DNA of 64,000 nucleotides from an uncultured cyanobacterium (GTDB taxonomy: Bacteria > Cyanobacteriota > Cyanobacteriia > Cyanobacteriales > CAWUOF01), in contig CAVUSO010000001.1 of assembly GCA_963744145.1 (NCBI GenBank), positions 2,656,001 to 2,720,000 of the forward strand. The letters are read 5' to 3'. The notes below the pieces were generated by a model that saw only the letters and a list, made by a program, of their open reading frames with translations, had not been told where the DNA came from and ran no database searches. Each line of letters begins with the position of its first letter. The stretch's first letter is position 1. Both the position numbers and the translations under genes were made by a program. Positions 41,041 through 50,568 of this stretch are shown piece after piece.

Positions 41041-41213
41041 AAATTAACGGCTAGTAACCGTTAATTTACCTCTTCAAGTTCATCAAAATAACGAGGATCA
41101 ATGAATTAAAATTAACGGCTAGCAACCGTTAATTTAATCAATTTGATGCTCCGAATTAATCGGATTAATCCGAATCTATGAACCTGAATTTAACGGATTA
41201 GAACCGTTAATTA
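41041..41213. promoter_or_regulatory. Three 27-bp palindromes (AATTAACGG-N7-CCGTTAATT), putative operators
   Basis: Copies at 41041-41067, 41109-41135 and 41187-41213. Confidence 0.6.
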
Positions 41214-41585
41214 ATAGTCATTAAATCTCCGAAAATTAAATCAGAATATGTGAGTTTTAATGTTTAACTTTTGTAAAAAATAATAGTAATTGAGAGAAGA
41301 AATAGAAAGATTCATGCTATGGTTAAATCTGTCAAAAATAACCGATTAGCATTCAGCCATTTATGGCTTGGCTAAATGTAAAGTTAATGGCTAAATCAAG
41401 ACGTAATTTCTATCTGACCAATGCTTTTCAGTAAGATTGATTAGCTTCCTTGGTCAAATAAAAAGGTGAGTTATTTTCAATAAAAATAATCTCAACTGAC
41501 AGGATTGCAGTTAAATATATGCCTGAAATCCTAGTAATGAAGTCAAGATTTTAGCAGTTTGGAAAGATTGTTGGAAGGAGATCTT

Positions 41586-43091
41586 ATGGTTACAAGAGTT
41601 ACAACTCAAGAAAGTCGTCAATTGCAAAGCAGTCAAGCACCAGATGCTAATGCTGCTAATGCTGCTGAATATCGTCCATTGCAAAGTGTAACCACAGAAG
41701 CGGCTCGTCAGTTAGCGGTTACGAATAATACAGTTCCCCAAATGGTGGGAATTACTCCTCGATGGTTACTACATTTCTTACCCTGGGTGCAAGTAACATC
41801 AGGAACTTATCGCGTCAATCGCACCAAGGTTGTACTAAAACACAATCCCAAGATTTCTGTCAATAACAACAATGGCTTCTCAACAGTGGCACCAGAAGAT
41901 TTACGAGTGATCTCGATGCTCTCCCCGTTAGCAGCTAATGAAGCTTTACCAATTGCTAACGCTTTCCAACCTGAGCATTTTGCCATTGGAGCAACTCCAA
42001 TCACAGTAGGACAAACTAGTGATAAGTTCTACATTGTGATTCAGGGTAAATTGGAAGTTTTAGTACGAGGCGCTCATGGGGAAAACTTACGTCGTACCGT
42101 ACTGGGTGCAGGGGACTACTTCGGTGAAGAAAATCTCTATCAAGATACACCTAGTGATGCCACAGTTCGCGCCCTGACCGATGTTGATGTGCTCACGATT
42201 TCGAGAGCTAGTTTTGAGCAGATTACCAATCAGTTCCCAGGACTGCGCGATCGCCTGCGACAATCAAGGGAAGAGCGAGGACAAATGAAGCAATTCCTCA
42301 ACAAACATGGGGAAGAAAAAATTGCTTTGATCAGTGATTACGAAGGAGAAAATGAAGTCCCAGCGTCATATATTGACTATGAAGGCGATCCGCAAGAATA
42401 CGAATTAAGTCTTGTCCAAAGTATTCTGCGCGTACATACCCGTGTCAGCGATCTTTACAATGAACCCATTGATCAATTGCGCGAACAGTTGCGATTGACA
42501 GTAGAAGGGATGAAAGAGCAGCAAGAATGGGAAATCATCAACAACCCAGACTTTGGCTTGCTGAACAACGTTTCACCGTTAATGCGGCTGCAACCTCGCT
42601 ACGGTCCTCCTACCCCCGATGATTTGGATGATATGTTAGCTCGGGTGTGGAAAAAACCCGCTTTCTTCCTCGCTCATCCTCAAGCGATCGCCGCTTTCGG
42701 ACGTGAATGCACCCGTCGCGGTGTACCTCCAGTAGCATTGAATTTGTTTGGTTCTCCCTTCATCACCTGGCGTGGTGTGCCCCTAGTCCCCTGCGATAAG
42801 CTAGAAATCCGGGGTGGCAATAGTAGCATCCACGGACCAGGTAAGACCAGTATTCTACTGATGCGAGTAGGGGAAAGCGACCAAGGTGTAGTTGGATTAC
42901 ATAAGATCGGTATTGCTGGCGAACAACTGCCTGGTCTATCTGTCCGCTTTATGGGACTTACCAATGACGCGATCGCTTCATACTTGATGACCCTGTATTT
43001 CTCCTGTGCAGTGCTAACGGATGATGCTTTAGCTGTCCTCGAAGATGTTGAAGTTGGATATTACCATGACTATGTCTATTCAGGGTCTTGA
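41586..43091 (+). CDS. Family 2B encapsulin shell protein with internal cNMP-binding domain
   Basis: AARQLA...PQM..ITPRWLL.FLPWV.V..GTYRVNR, an inserted cNMP domain (FYIVIQGKLEV...GDYFGE...ATVRALT), then YELS..Q..LRVHTRVSDLYNEP.DQ..EQLRLT, GPPTPDDLD and AHPQAIAAFGREC. GAAGGAG RBS before ATG 41586. Confidence 0.92.
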   Translation: MVTRVTTQESRQLQSSQAPDANAANAAEYRPLQSVTTEAARQLAVTNNTVPQMVGITPRWLLHFLPWVQVTSGTYRVNRTKVVLKHNPKISVNNNNGFSTVAPEDLRVISMLSPLAANEALPIANAFQPEHFAIGATPITVGQTSDKFYIVIQGKLEVLVRGAHGENLRRTVLGAGDYFGEENLYQDTPSDATVRALTDVDVLTISRASFEQITNQFPGLRDRLRQSREERGQMKQFLNKHGEEKIALISDYEGENEVPASYIDYEGDPQEYELSLVQSILRVHTRVSDLYNEPIDQLREQLRLTVEGMKEQQEWEIINNPDFGLLNNVSPLMRLQPRYGPPTPDDLDDMLARVWKKPAFFLAHPQAIAAFGRECTRRGVPPVALNLFGSPFITWRGVPLVPCDKLEIRGGNSSIHGPGKTSILLMRVGESDQGVVGLHKIGIAGEQLPGLSVRFMGLTNDAIASYLMTLYFSCAVLTDDALAVLEDVEVGYYHDYVYSGS

Positions 43092-45138
43092 AGGTGAAAA
43101 CGGTAGGCAAGCACCTCAAGTCAATCCCTTACCAACATCGGCTTGGGGCAGTGACGCTTATGATCCGCACAGCATTGAAACCTTAGCCAATCAGCTTTAT
43201 AGCGCGGTTCCGGGCTCGCATAGTGGGGCAAACCAAGTTCACCAGGCTAAATCAGTTGGTGAAACCACAACGACCATGCCCCATGAGACATCGACTCAAG
43301 CTCCAGCGGTAACCATCCCATCCAGTCCAGCTGTTCCCGCAGCACCTGCCACTCCAGCAACAGGAACTGAAATTCCCGCTGGGCAGGGAGTCACTGGCAT
43401 AACTCCCACCTCCGCCGATCCACTAGGCCAAATTATCCAGCAGTTGCACGCCCAGATGTATGTGGGCAACTTGGATAGTGCCATGAAACAGGCGATCGCT
43501 GGACTGAGTACCCCGACTCAACCAGCGATCGGTGGACTAAGTACCCCCAACCAATCGGCGATCGGTGGACTAAGTACCCCCAGCCAACCAGCGATCGGTG
43601 GACTAAGTGCCCCGACTCAACCAGCGATGAGTGGACTGAGTACCCCTAGTCAACCGGCGATCGGTGGACTAAGTACCCCCAACCAGGAAGCTGTTGCTCA
43701 ACCAAAAGTGGCAACTGTGCCCAGTAGCACTTTCAGTCAGGAAGCTTTAAATGGGATTGCACAACAGATGCTGCAATCGGTGCCACAGCTTTTCGGCGAC
43801 CCAACTCAGAAGTCTGCTGTGACAACACCTGGTCTGACCGAAGCTCCAGGGACAACAGCCGATCAATCGAATTTCTACTTCATCTCAACTCCACAGGTAG
43901 AAAAACAGGGGTTGAAGTCGGATACTCCGTTTGATGTCCATATCGTTCGCCAAGATTTTCCGATCTTGCATCAGAAAGTAAATGGGAAACCATTGATCTG
44001 GCTAGACAATGCGGCTACCACCCAAAAGCCCCAAAGTGTGATTGATAGTATTTCCCGTTTCTACGAACGAGACAACTCTAACATTCACCGTGCCGCCCAC
44101 ACCCTAGCTGCCAGAGCAACGGATGCTTATGAAGCAGCCAGAGAAACGGTACAACGGTTTTTGGGAGCGAGTTCAAAGACTGAGATTATCTTTGCTCGGG
44201 GTACTACCGAAGCGATCAACTTGGTCGCCAAAACTTACGGACGTCAGCAAATCCGCAAGGATGATGAAATCATTCTCTCAACCCTGGAACACCATGCTAA
44301 TATCGTGCCCTGGCAAATGTTAGCCCAGGAAACTGGCGCGATTTTAAAGGTAATTCCAGTTAATCAGTCTGGCGAAGTTATTCTGGAAGAATACGCGAGA
44401 CTGTTAGGTCCTCGGACTCGGATCGTTGCTGTCACTCATGTGTCTAACGCTCTGGGTACGATCTTGCCAGTCCAAGAAATCACACATATGGCGCACAGAC
44501 ATGGCGCGATCGTGCTGATCGATGGAGCGCAAGGGATTCCTCACTTATCGGTCAATGTCCAAGCTTTAGACTGTGACTTCTATACCTTTTCTGGTCACAA
44601 ATTGTTTGGACCGACAGGGATTGGTGTCCTGTATGGGAAACAGGAACTCCTGGAAACTATGCCCCCTTGGCAGGGTGGGGGCAGTATGATCCGTCATGTG
44701 ACGTTTGAACATACCGTTTATGAAGATCCACCAGCAAAATTTGAAGCGGGAACACCTAATATTGCTGATGCGGTCGGACTAGGTGCAGCGATTGACTATA
44801 TTACCCGTTTGGGAATGGTTAATCTAGAACGTTATGAGCAACAACTGACGGAATATGCCACAGAGCGTCTGCTCGAAATTCCCGGATTGCGTTTGATTGG
44901 GACGGCTGCCCATAAAGTTGGTGTGCTATCCTTTGTGTTTGACGATATTCCTCCGGAAACTGTAGGTAAACGTTTAGACCAGGAAGGGATCGCAGTACGC
45001 GCTGGTCATCATTGTGCCCAGCCCACGATGCAGCGGTATAATGTGATCGGGACGGTTCGGCCTTCTCTGGCTTTCTATAATACTTATGAGGAAATCGACA
45101 CCCTCGTAGAAGTTCTGCGAAATCTGCGCTATCGTTAG
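43066..45138 (+). CDS. SufS-type cysteine desulfurase with a long disordered N-terminal cargo-loading region
   Basis: WLDNAATTQKP, SNIHRAAH, EHHANIVPWQ, FSGHK (PLP Lys) and VRAGHHCAQP (catalytic Cys). About 280-aa Pro/Thr/Ala/Gln-rich N-terminus. Start overlaps the end of the encapsulin gene. Confidence 0.93.
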   Translation: MTMSIQGLEGENGRQAPQVNPLPTSAWGSDAYDPHSIETLANQLYSAVPGSHSGANQVHQAKSVGETTTTMPHETSTQAPAVTIPSSPAVPAAPATPATGTEIPAGQGVTGITPTSADPLGQIIQQLHAQMYVGNLDSAMKQAIAGLSTPTQPAIGGLSTPNQSAIGGLSTPSQPAIGGLSAPTQPAMSGLSTPSQPAIGGLSTPNQEAVAQPKVATVPSSTFSQEALNGIAQQMLQSVPQLFGDPTQKSAVTTPGLTEAPGTTADQSNFYFISTPQVEKQGLKSDTPFDVHIVRQDFPILHQKVNGKPLIWLDNAATTQKPQSVIDSISRFYERDNSNIHRAAHTLAARATDAYEAARETVQRFLGASSKTEIIFARGTTEAINLVAKTYGRQQIRKDDEIILSTLEHHANIVPWQMLAQETGAILKVIPVNQSGEVILEEYARLLGPRTRIVAVTHVSNALGTILPVQEITHMAHRHGAIVLIDGAQGIPHLSVNVQALDCDFYTFSGHKLFGPTGIGVLYGKQELLETMPPWQGGGSMIRHVTFEHTVYEDPPAKFEAGTPNIADAVGLGAAIDYITRLGMVNLERYEQQLTEYATERLLEIPGLRLIGTAAHKVGVLSFVFDDIPPETVGKRLDQEGIAVRAGHHCAQPTMQRYNVIGTVRPSLAFYNTYEEIDTLVEVLRNLRYR
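43492..43689 (+). repeat. 33-bp coding tandem repeat x6 (AIGGLSTPxQP)
   Basis: Six units GCGATCGGTGGACTAAGTACCCC... in the desulfurase N-terminus. Confidence 0.9.
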
Positions 45139-45150
45139 CTCCACCATGCA

Positions 45151-45190
45151 GACCTAACCCCCCAACCCCCTTCCCTATAAGGGAAGGGGG
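45151..45190. repeat. Short dispersed palindromic repeat
   Basis: GACCTAACCCCCCAACCCCCTTCCCTAtAAGGGAAGGGGG, with a near-identical copy at 62713-62752. Confidence 0.85.
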
Positions 45191-45218
45191 AGTTTTTGAG
45201 GTAATTACAGAAAAGATT

Positions 45219-45647
45219 ATGATCGAGTTTAACTGGATCACCGCTTTACTCGGTGGGCTGCTGATTGGCACAAGTGCAACTATAATGCTCGCTTTTAATG
45301 GTCGCATCACTGGAATTTCTGGCCTACTTAATACTGCCATTACTTTTGCCCCTGGTGAAGGTTGGCGCTGGTTATTTCTGATCGGGCTATTATTGGGGGG
45401 AGCTTTCTATGAATATGTGATTGCATCCCAACCAACCCCAACTTCGGAATTTGCTCCTTGGACCATGATCGCAGGAGGTTTTCTCGTCGGGTTTGGCACC
45501 AGGATGGGTAAGGGTTGTACCAGTGGTCATGGAGTGTGTGGTTTGGGACGCTTGTCCGGACGATCGCTGGTTGCTGTCTTAACTTTTCTTACCACTGGGA
45601 TGGTCACGGTTTTGATTGTTCGTCACCTGCTGTCCTGGTCGATTTGA
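45219..45647 (+). CDS. YeeE/YedE family sulfur-compound transporter subunit
   Basis: GGLLIG...NGRITGISG and GFGTRMGKGCTSGHGVCG.GRLS.RS motifs. Confidence 0.92.
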   Translation: MIEFNWITALLGGLLIGTSATIMLAFNGRITGISGLLNTAITFAPGEGWRWLFLIGLLLGGAFYEYVIASQPTPTSEFAPWTMIAGGFLVGFGTRMGKGCTSGHGVCGLGRLSGRSLVAVLTFLTTGMVTVLIVRHLLSWSI

Positions 45648-45659
45648 GGTATAGGACAA

Positions 45660-46067
45660 GTGAAACAAAATTTAATTACTCTGATTGCTGGGATATTGTT
45701 TGGTTTGGGTCTAGGTCTGTCCCAGATGATCGATCAGCAACGGGTCCTCGGCTTTCTCGATGTTACTGGTCATTGGGACCCGACGTTACTGTTTGTGCTA
45801 GGTGGGGCAGTAAGTGTGACAGTAATTGCATTTCAGTTGATTTTGCGCTTACCCCACCCACTCTGGGATGAGAAGTTCCATTTACCCACCCAAACCAATA
45901 TCGATCGCCCTCTAGTTATCGGAGCTGTGATCTTTGGGATCGGCTGGGGGATTGCTGGTTACTGTCCTGGACCAGGTATTACAGCGCTAGTGCTGGGGAT
46001 CTGGAATCCTGTATTGTTTTTAGTCGCAATGATTGTTGGCTCACTGACTTATAAGAGGTTTAGTTAA
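45660..46067 (+). CDS. YeeE/YedE-like partner subunit
   Basis: GILFGLGL..S.M....V.GFLD..G.WDPTL and FGIGWGIAGYCPGP motifs. Confidence 0.9.
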   Translation: MKQNLITLIAGILFGLGLGLSQMIDQQRVLGFLDVTGHWDPTLLFVLGGAVSVTVIAFQLILRLPHPLWDEKFHLPTQTNIDRPLVIGAVIFGIGWGIAGYCPGPGITALVLGIWNPVLFLVAMIVGSLTYKRFS

Positions 46068-46332
46068 TGATAATCTCTTTGAAATAATTAGGTGGTAATG
46101 CCAATGTTGTTTCATCAGGTATATAGCTAATCTGCTCTGCTTCACAAGTAATATGCCATTTGTCACCGACATCTTCGATATAATCTTTGGATGTATGACT
46201 AGGGCAGTGTATAGTAATATGGTTGCAGAAGTTTTCTAGACCACTCACGATCACACGCCATTCTTTGCTTTGGGGATCGGTGGGAGAATATTTGGTGTTG
46301 AAACGGATTTTTACTAGCGTTTTTTTAGACAT
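46060..46332 (-). CDS. Hypothetical protein
   Basis: 90-aa ORF with ATG start and AGGA upstream; no recognised motif. Confidence 0.55.
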   Translation of the reverse strand: MSKKTLVKIRFNTKYSPTDPQSKEWRVIVSGLENFCNHITIHCPSHTSKDYIEDVGDKWHITCEAEQISYIPDETTLALPPNYFKEIIIN

Positions 46333-46441
46333 AGTTGATTCCTAGTAAATATACTTTTATAGTATAGTCTAAATTTAGTAAAGTAGATGATTTTTAACAG
46401 TAAATTTTGGTTTAATCGCTAGATATTGATTATTCAGAATT

Positions 46442-46484
46442 TCCCGTGCGATCGGCAAAGTTAACTATTACCGATCGCACGGGA
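46442..46484. terminator. Hairpin downstream of 46529..46888
   Basis: TCCCGTGCGATCGG / CCGATCGCACGGGA perfect 14-bp IR. Confidence 0.55.
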
Positions 46485-46528
46485 GATAATGGGATGTTAT
46501 TCTAGATGTTTCAAACCTATATACAGAT

Positions 46529-46888
46529 TTATGACTGATGGTGAAATTTTTCTCCATAATATGCTGCTTCAACTGTAATTTGACCGATAATATGCAGGTT
46601 GAATTCTGGGAGTTGTTCAGCTGGCACCCATAGTTCTTGATGAATGCTACTTCCAACTGTTTGAATTTCAAACTGATTGATATAGTCATCATCTACCTCA
46701 AATTTAGTCACAAATCCAGCAAAACCATTGCTCTGAGTATTCCATTTTTCAGCAATTTGGGCAGCATATTCAAAATTGAGAACTGGGTAGAAAATAGGTT
46801 GTTCAGGAAGTCGGGGAGGAAAAGACCGGAAGTTTGTTTGAGCAATTAATTCAAGTTCCTTAACTCCCACAGGACGATAAAGTAACAT
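46529..46888 (-). CDS. Conserved small protein (family often labelled ADP-ribosylation/crystallin J1)
   Basis: LYRPVG..ELELI...FPPRLPEQPIFYPVLN..YA.QIA..WN...HQELWVPAE pattern. Confidence 0.7.
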   Translation of the reverse strand: MLLYRPVGVKELELIAQTNFRSFPPRLPEQPIFYPVLNFEYAAQIAEKWNTQSNGFAGFVTKFEVDDDYINQFEIQTVGSSIHQELWVPAEQLPEFNLHIIGQITVEAAYYGEKFHHQS

Positions 46889-47184
46889 AGCTTTCTGATG
46901 ATGGGATTAGAGTAAATTTTATCACCAATCTATTTGATTCATAAATTACGGTAGGCTAAACTTGCTAATACTTCTCAAACTGCCATTACTATTAGTTTTT
47001 TAGTAATAAATATTTCTCGCATCCTACGGCAGTTTCTTTGGGCTTTTTTATGTCTATTTCCGAACATAACATCGGTTTCATGACTAATTAATCCTTCCCT
47101 TGCTTTTTCATTACTTTTTCAGCAAGCCCTAAATAGTGTCGTAGGCGGAAATAGTAGCATATTCCCCTACGACTTGTTTTAAAA

Positions 47185-48411
47185 TTAACCTTCTTCCTCA
47201 GTTTTTAGAGCCGCAGTTTTTATGGATAAAGCTAGTTTTTGATTACCTCGATAAACTTGTACTTGTAACTTTTGTCCAAGCTTACTCTTTTCCACAATAC
47301 TTTGCAGTTCTTCAGCTTTAGCTGTTGGTTGTTCATCTATTGCTACAATTACATCTCCTACACGCAATCCTGATGTTGCAGCTGGAGTATGAGGTATGAT
47401 TCTGACTACTAATACTCCATTAATTTCTGGAAGAATGATTAAAGAATTGGGATCACTATTATTTTCTTGAGCGAGAGTTGGTGTCAAATTGGCGATTTGT
47501 ACTCCTATATAAGGATGGGAAATTTTTTTACCTTGCGCTAACTCAGCTTGAATTGCTTTAGCTGTGTTGATGGGAATTGCAAAACCGATTCCAGTTGCAT
47601 TAGCACGAATTGCGGTGTTAATTCCAATTACTTCTCCTTGATCGTTGAGCAATGGTCCCCCAGAATTACCCGGATTAATTGCTGCATCAGTTTGAATGAA
47701 GTCGATCCGTTTATCAGGTATTCCCGCTTGGACACTGGAACGATTGAGGGTGCTAATTATCCCCAAGGTCACGGTGTTATTTAATCCAAAGGGATTACCC
47801 ACAGCGATCGCCCAATCTCCTACTTGCACTTTTGACGAATCACCTAATGGTGCTACTGGTAAATCTTCACCATTATTATTGATTTTCACGATCGCTAAAT
47901 CCGTGACTCCATCTGTACCTTGAACTTTTCCTTTGAGCGTCCGTCCATCCTTGAGGGTGACAGTTACTTTGTCAGCATCATTGACAACATGAGCATTTGT
48001 GAGTATAATACCGCTTTTATCAATAATAAAACCGGAACCTTCTCCACGCAAAAGTTGCTGTTGTGGTACTTTAGGAGCAAATTCATCGCCAAAAAAACGC
48101 CGAAAGAATGGATCATCAAGTAAGGGATCGGTTTCACGACTGGTAATAGTCTTCTCAGTCTCAATTAAAACTACTGCTGGACCAACTCGGTTGACTGCTG
48201 CGGTCACAAAACTACCACTTTTGATTTCTGCTGGTAGTTTGGGGGGAGCGACGGTTTCTTTTGATGGGGTAGGAACGACAGTTGGCAGAGTTAAGGCAGC
48301 TTGAGATGGTAAGATATAGATACTCATCGCTGCGATCGCAGAGCTTAAAATAATCGCGCAAGCGGAGGTGCTAATTTGACGCACAAACTGAAAAAATTTC
48401 TGGCATTTCAT
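47185..48411 (-). CDS. HtrA/HhoA family serine protease with PDZ domain
   Basis: GSGFII, LTNAHVV, TDLAIVKI and IQTDAAINPGNSGGPL motifs; C-terminal PDZ. Confidence 0.95.
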   Translation of the reverse strand: MKCQKFFQFVRQISTSACAIILSSAIAAMSIYILPSQAALTLPTVVPTPSKETVAPPKLPAEIKSGSFVTAAVNRVGPAVVLIETEKTITSRETDPLLDDPFFRRFFGDEFAPKVPQQQLLRGEGSGFIIDKSGIILTNAHVVNDADKVTVTLKDGRTLKGKVQGTDGVTDLAIVKINNNGEDLPVAPLGDSSKVQVGDWAIAVGNPFGLNNTVTLGIISTLNRSSVQAGIPDKRIDFIQTDAAINPGNSGGPLLNDQGEVIGINTAIRANATGIGFAIPINTAKAIQAELAQGKKISHPYIGVQIANLTPTLAQENNSDPNSLIILPEINGVLVVRIIPHTPAATSGLRVGDVIVAIDEQPTAKAEELQSIVEKSKLGQKLQVQVYRGNQKLALSIKTAALKTEEEG

Positions 48412-48514
48412 GGTATGAGTTTTCTGATTTAGGTGAAGTAAAGAGAGAATATTTTAGCTAATTTTGCTTCTTCAGATAGATAATTGAACAGTTGTAATTA
48501 AACCTTAGAGCTAC

Positions 48515-48862
48515 ATGACCATATCCCAACCTCCCATTGACCAAGATCCTGATCATTACCATCATCGAGATCCTCATTCTCACCATGCTCATGTTCACAG
48601 TGAGGATTCCCTCCGACGAATTATCAATCGATTATCACGGATTGAGGGTCATGTGCGCGGGATTAAAACCATGATCCAAGCAAGTACCCCTTGTCCAGAT
48701 GTTTTAGTCCAAATTGCCGCAGTGCGTGGAGCTTTGGATCGGGTAGCAAGAATTATTCTAGATGAACATTTAACTGAATGTATTGCCCGTGCTGCCAAAG
48801 AAGGTAACATTCAAGCAGAAATTGAAGAACTAAAAGCGGCTTTAGATCGATTTTTGCCTTAA
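48515..48862 (+). CDS. CsoR/RcnR family metal-sensing repressor (InrS-like, His-rich N-terminus)
   Basis: HAHVH, NRLSRIEGHVRGI, CPDVLVQIAAVRGA and EHLTEC motifs. Confidence 0.92.
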   Translation: MTISQPPIDQDPDHYHHRDPHSHHAHVHSEDSLRRIINRLSRIEGHVRGIKTMIQASTPCPDVLVQIAAVRGALDRVARIILDEHLTECIARAAKEGNIQAEIEELKAALDRFLP

Positions 48863-48927
48863 CATTATGATCCTGGCTATGACTGAAGTATTTCAGTAGA
48901 ATATATTAGGTCAAACCCCGATCACGA

Positions 48928-49716
48928 TCAAGATTTGGTTGGTTTTTTTAACTCTTCCTGCAACATTTTCTGATAAATCTTCGGCAAATTATTAGTCATG
49001 GAATTCGCTTCACTCCCCATTTCCAAACTTGTCCAAGTATTAGATAATAAGTGGAAGACCTCAGTTAATTTTCCCTGATGCAACAACTCAGGAATATTTG
49101 CACCCCAAGCTGAACGATCGATTAACCATTTATAAACTACTTGATCTTGAAACTCTGGTTCAAAACTATAGGATTGCCACAGCCAAAATTTCTGTGGTCG
49201 AGGATGATATAATTTGGCTTTTTCTTCCCAAGTAGTAGTCAGCATTTGATAACGTCCTGCTGCTGTAGTACAATAGTTTTTATTTGGTCCAGTAACTATC
49301 TTGATACAAAGATCGGGATGGTGGGAAAGATCGCTGACATATCGACCACCATAGACAACTGCGTATGGACGAGATACATTGGATTCACTTACAGAAATAG
49401 TTCGCATCAGGGCTCTCACGTAGGGATCACCCCCTTGCATCGCTAAGGATGGTAAGGTGTGAGTAGAATGAGAAACAGAATGGGAAACAGGCGATCGGGG
49501 CACAAAGCACCATTTGATTAATGCAATCAAACCAAGAGTAACAATACCACCAGCAAGAATCCGACGGATTTTGGTATCCCGTAACCGAGCAGCGGTAAAC
49601 TTAGCCTGACGATATTCTAGTAGAGAAGACTTATGCAGCAACCCCGATTTCGCTCCATCAGCAAGAGTGATTATTTCATCAACTATTTTACCACACCAGC
49701 AAATAATTGTTCCCAA
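48928..49716 (-). CDS. Membrane-anchored lambda-lysozyme-like muramidase (GH24/GH104)
   Basis: ALMRTISVSES, TAAGRYQML.TTW, F.PE.QD and WTSL motifs after one TM. True start probably lies downstream of 49716. Confidence 0.82.
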   Translation of the reverse strand: MGTIICWCGKIVDEIITLADGAKSGLLHKSSLLEYRQAKFTAARLRDTKIRRILAGGIVTLGLIALIKWCFVPRSPVSHSVSHSTHTLPSLAMQGGDPYVRALMRTISVSESNVSRPYAVVYGGRYVSDLSHHPDLCIKIVTGPNKNYCTTAAGRYQMLTTTWEEKAKLYHPRPQKFWLWQSYSFEPEFQDQVVYKWLIDRSAWGANIPELLHQGKLTEVFHLLSNTWTSLEMGSEANSMTNNLPKIYQKMLQEELKKPTKS

Positions 49717-50348
49717 TCTGGGCTTACCTGGTCTGCTTGAGCAACTATTTCCACAATTTTATTTTGAGCTGCGGGTTGAAACAAAGCTGCGATCGCTACT
49801 TGTGCTACTTTAGTCCGGGGGATGCTTCCTTCAAACAAGGTATCAGCAGAAGACATGACGATCCCAAAATCATTATCTTCATTTTTCAAGCCACCTGGTC
49901 GGACAATAGTATAAGTAATGCCACTTTTTTGTAAATATGCTTCTGCTTGCTTTTTCCACACCAGAATCAACCAAAATAAATTGAGGGGATGAAACAACTG
50001 AGAAACACACAGAGATGAAACAAGAACGAATTGCTCAATCCCTTTAGACTGAGCGACATCGACTAGATTTTTAGTACCTTGATAATCGACCATAAATGGT
50101 CCGGTCGGGTCAAAACTTGGTTGAGCACCAGTCGCACATAATACCACTGTACTATCACCTAACGCAGCAGGCAAACTATCTACTTGGGAGACATCTCCGA
50201 CTACTAATTCAGCCTCTGGTGGTAAAATGGAGCGAGCTATTTCTAAATTACGGACTAAGGCTCGCACAGGAATGTCACGTTTGACTAATTCTTGCACAAT
50301 CCGACGACCTGTTTGTCCTGTTGCTCCTGCTACAAATGCTTTCATCAT
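49683..50348 (-). CDS. Atypical SDR, NAD(P)H-binding protein
   Basis: VAGATGQTG, VDYQGTKNLV and YTIVRPGGL motifs. Confidence 0.9.
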   Translation of the reverse strand: MMKAFVAGATGQTGRRIVQELVKRDIPVRALVRNLEIARSILPPEAELVVGDVSQVDSLPAALGDSTVVLCATGAQPSFDPTGPFMVDYQGTKNLVDVAQSKGIEQFVLVSSLCVSQLFHPLNLFWLILVWKKQAEAYLQKSGITYTIVRPGGLKNEDNDFGIVMSSADTLFEGSIPRTKVAQVAIAALFQPAAQNKIVEIVAQADQVSPDWEQLFAGVVK

Positions 50349-50568
50349 TTGACCTAACTCCGATAGTTGTTAATTATGCCAACTAATCTTGTACATCGTA
50401 ATTTCATAATTATGACAAATTAAATACACAATTATTTACTTTTTTCTGTTTATGCTTAATCGACTTACCAATATTCTTGCTCAACCAAATCAAAATGGTG
50501 ATCTTGATCATAAGTGTTGGCAGTTAGAGATGAGATGTTAGATGTCGGTTATCTGAGGAAAATAGACT

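Noticed and set aside
41041..41213. Three palindromes read as a mini-CRISPR array
   Set aside because: Spacers are uneven (41 and 51 bp), there is no GTT...AAC/GAAAC-type end and no cas genes; an operator array fits better.
41586..43091. Shell gene as a phage capsid or a Crp regulator
   Set aside because: No terminase or portal genes and no HTH; the motifs and overlapping desulfurase identify an encapsulin.
48928..49716. Lysozyme as evidence of a prophage
   Set aside because: It is membrane-anchored and flanked by housekeeping-type genes, with no phage structural, holin or integrase genes nearby.
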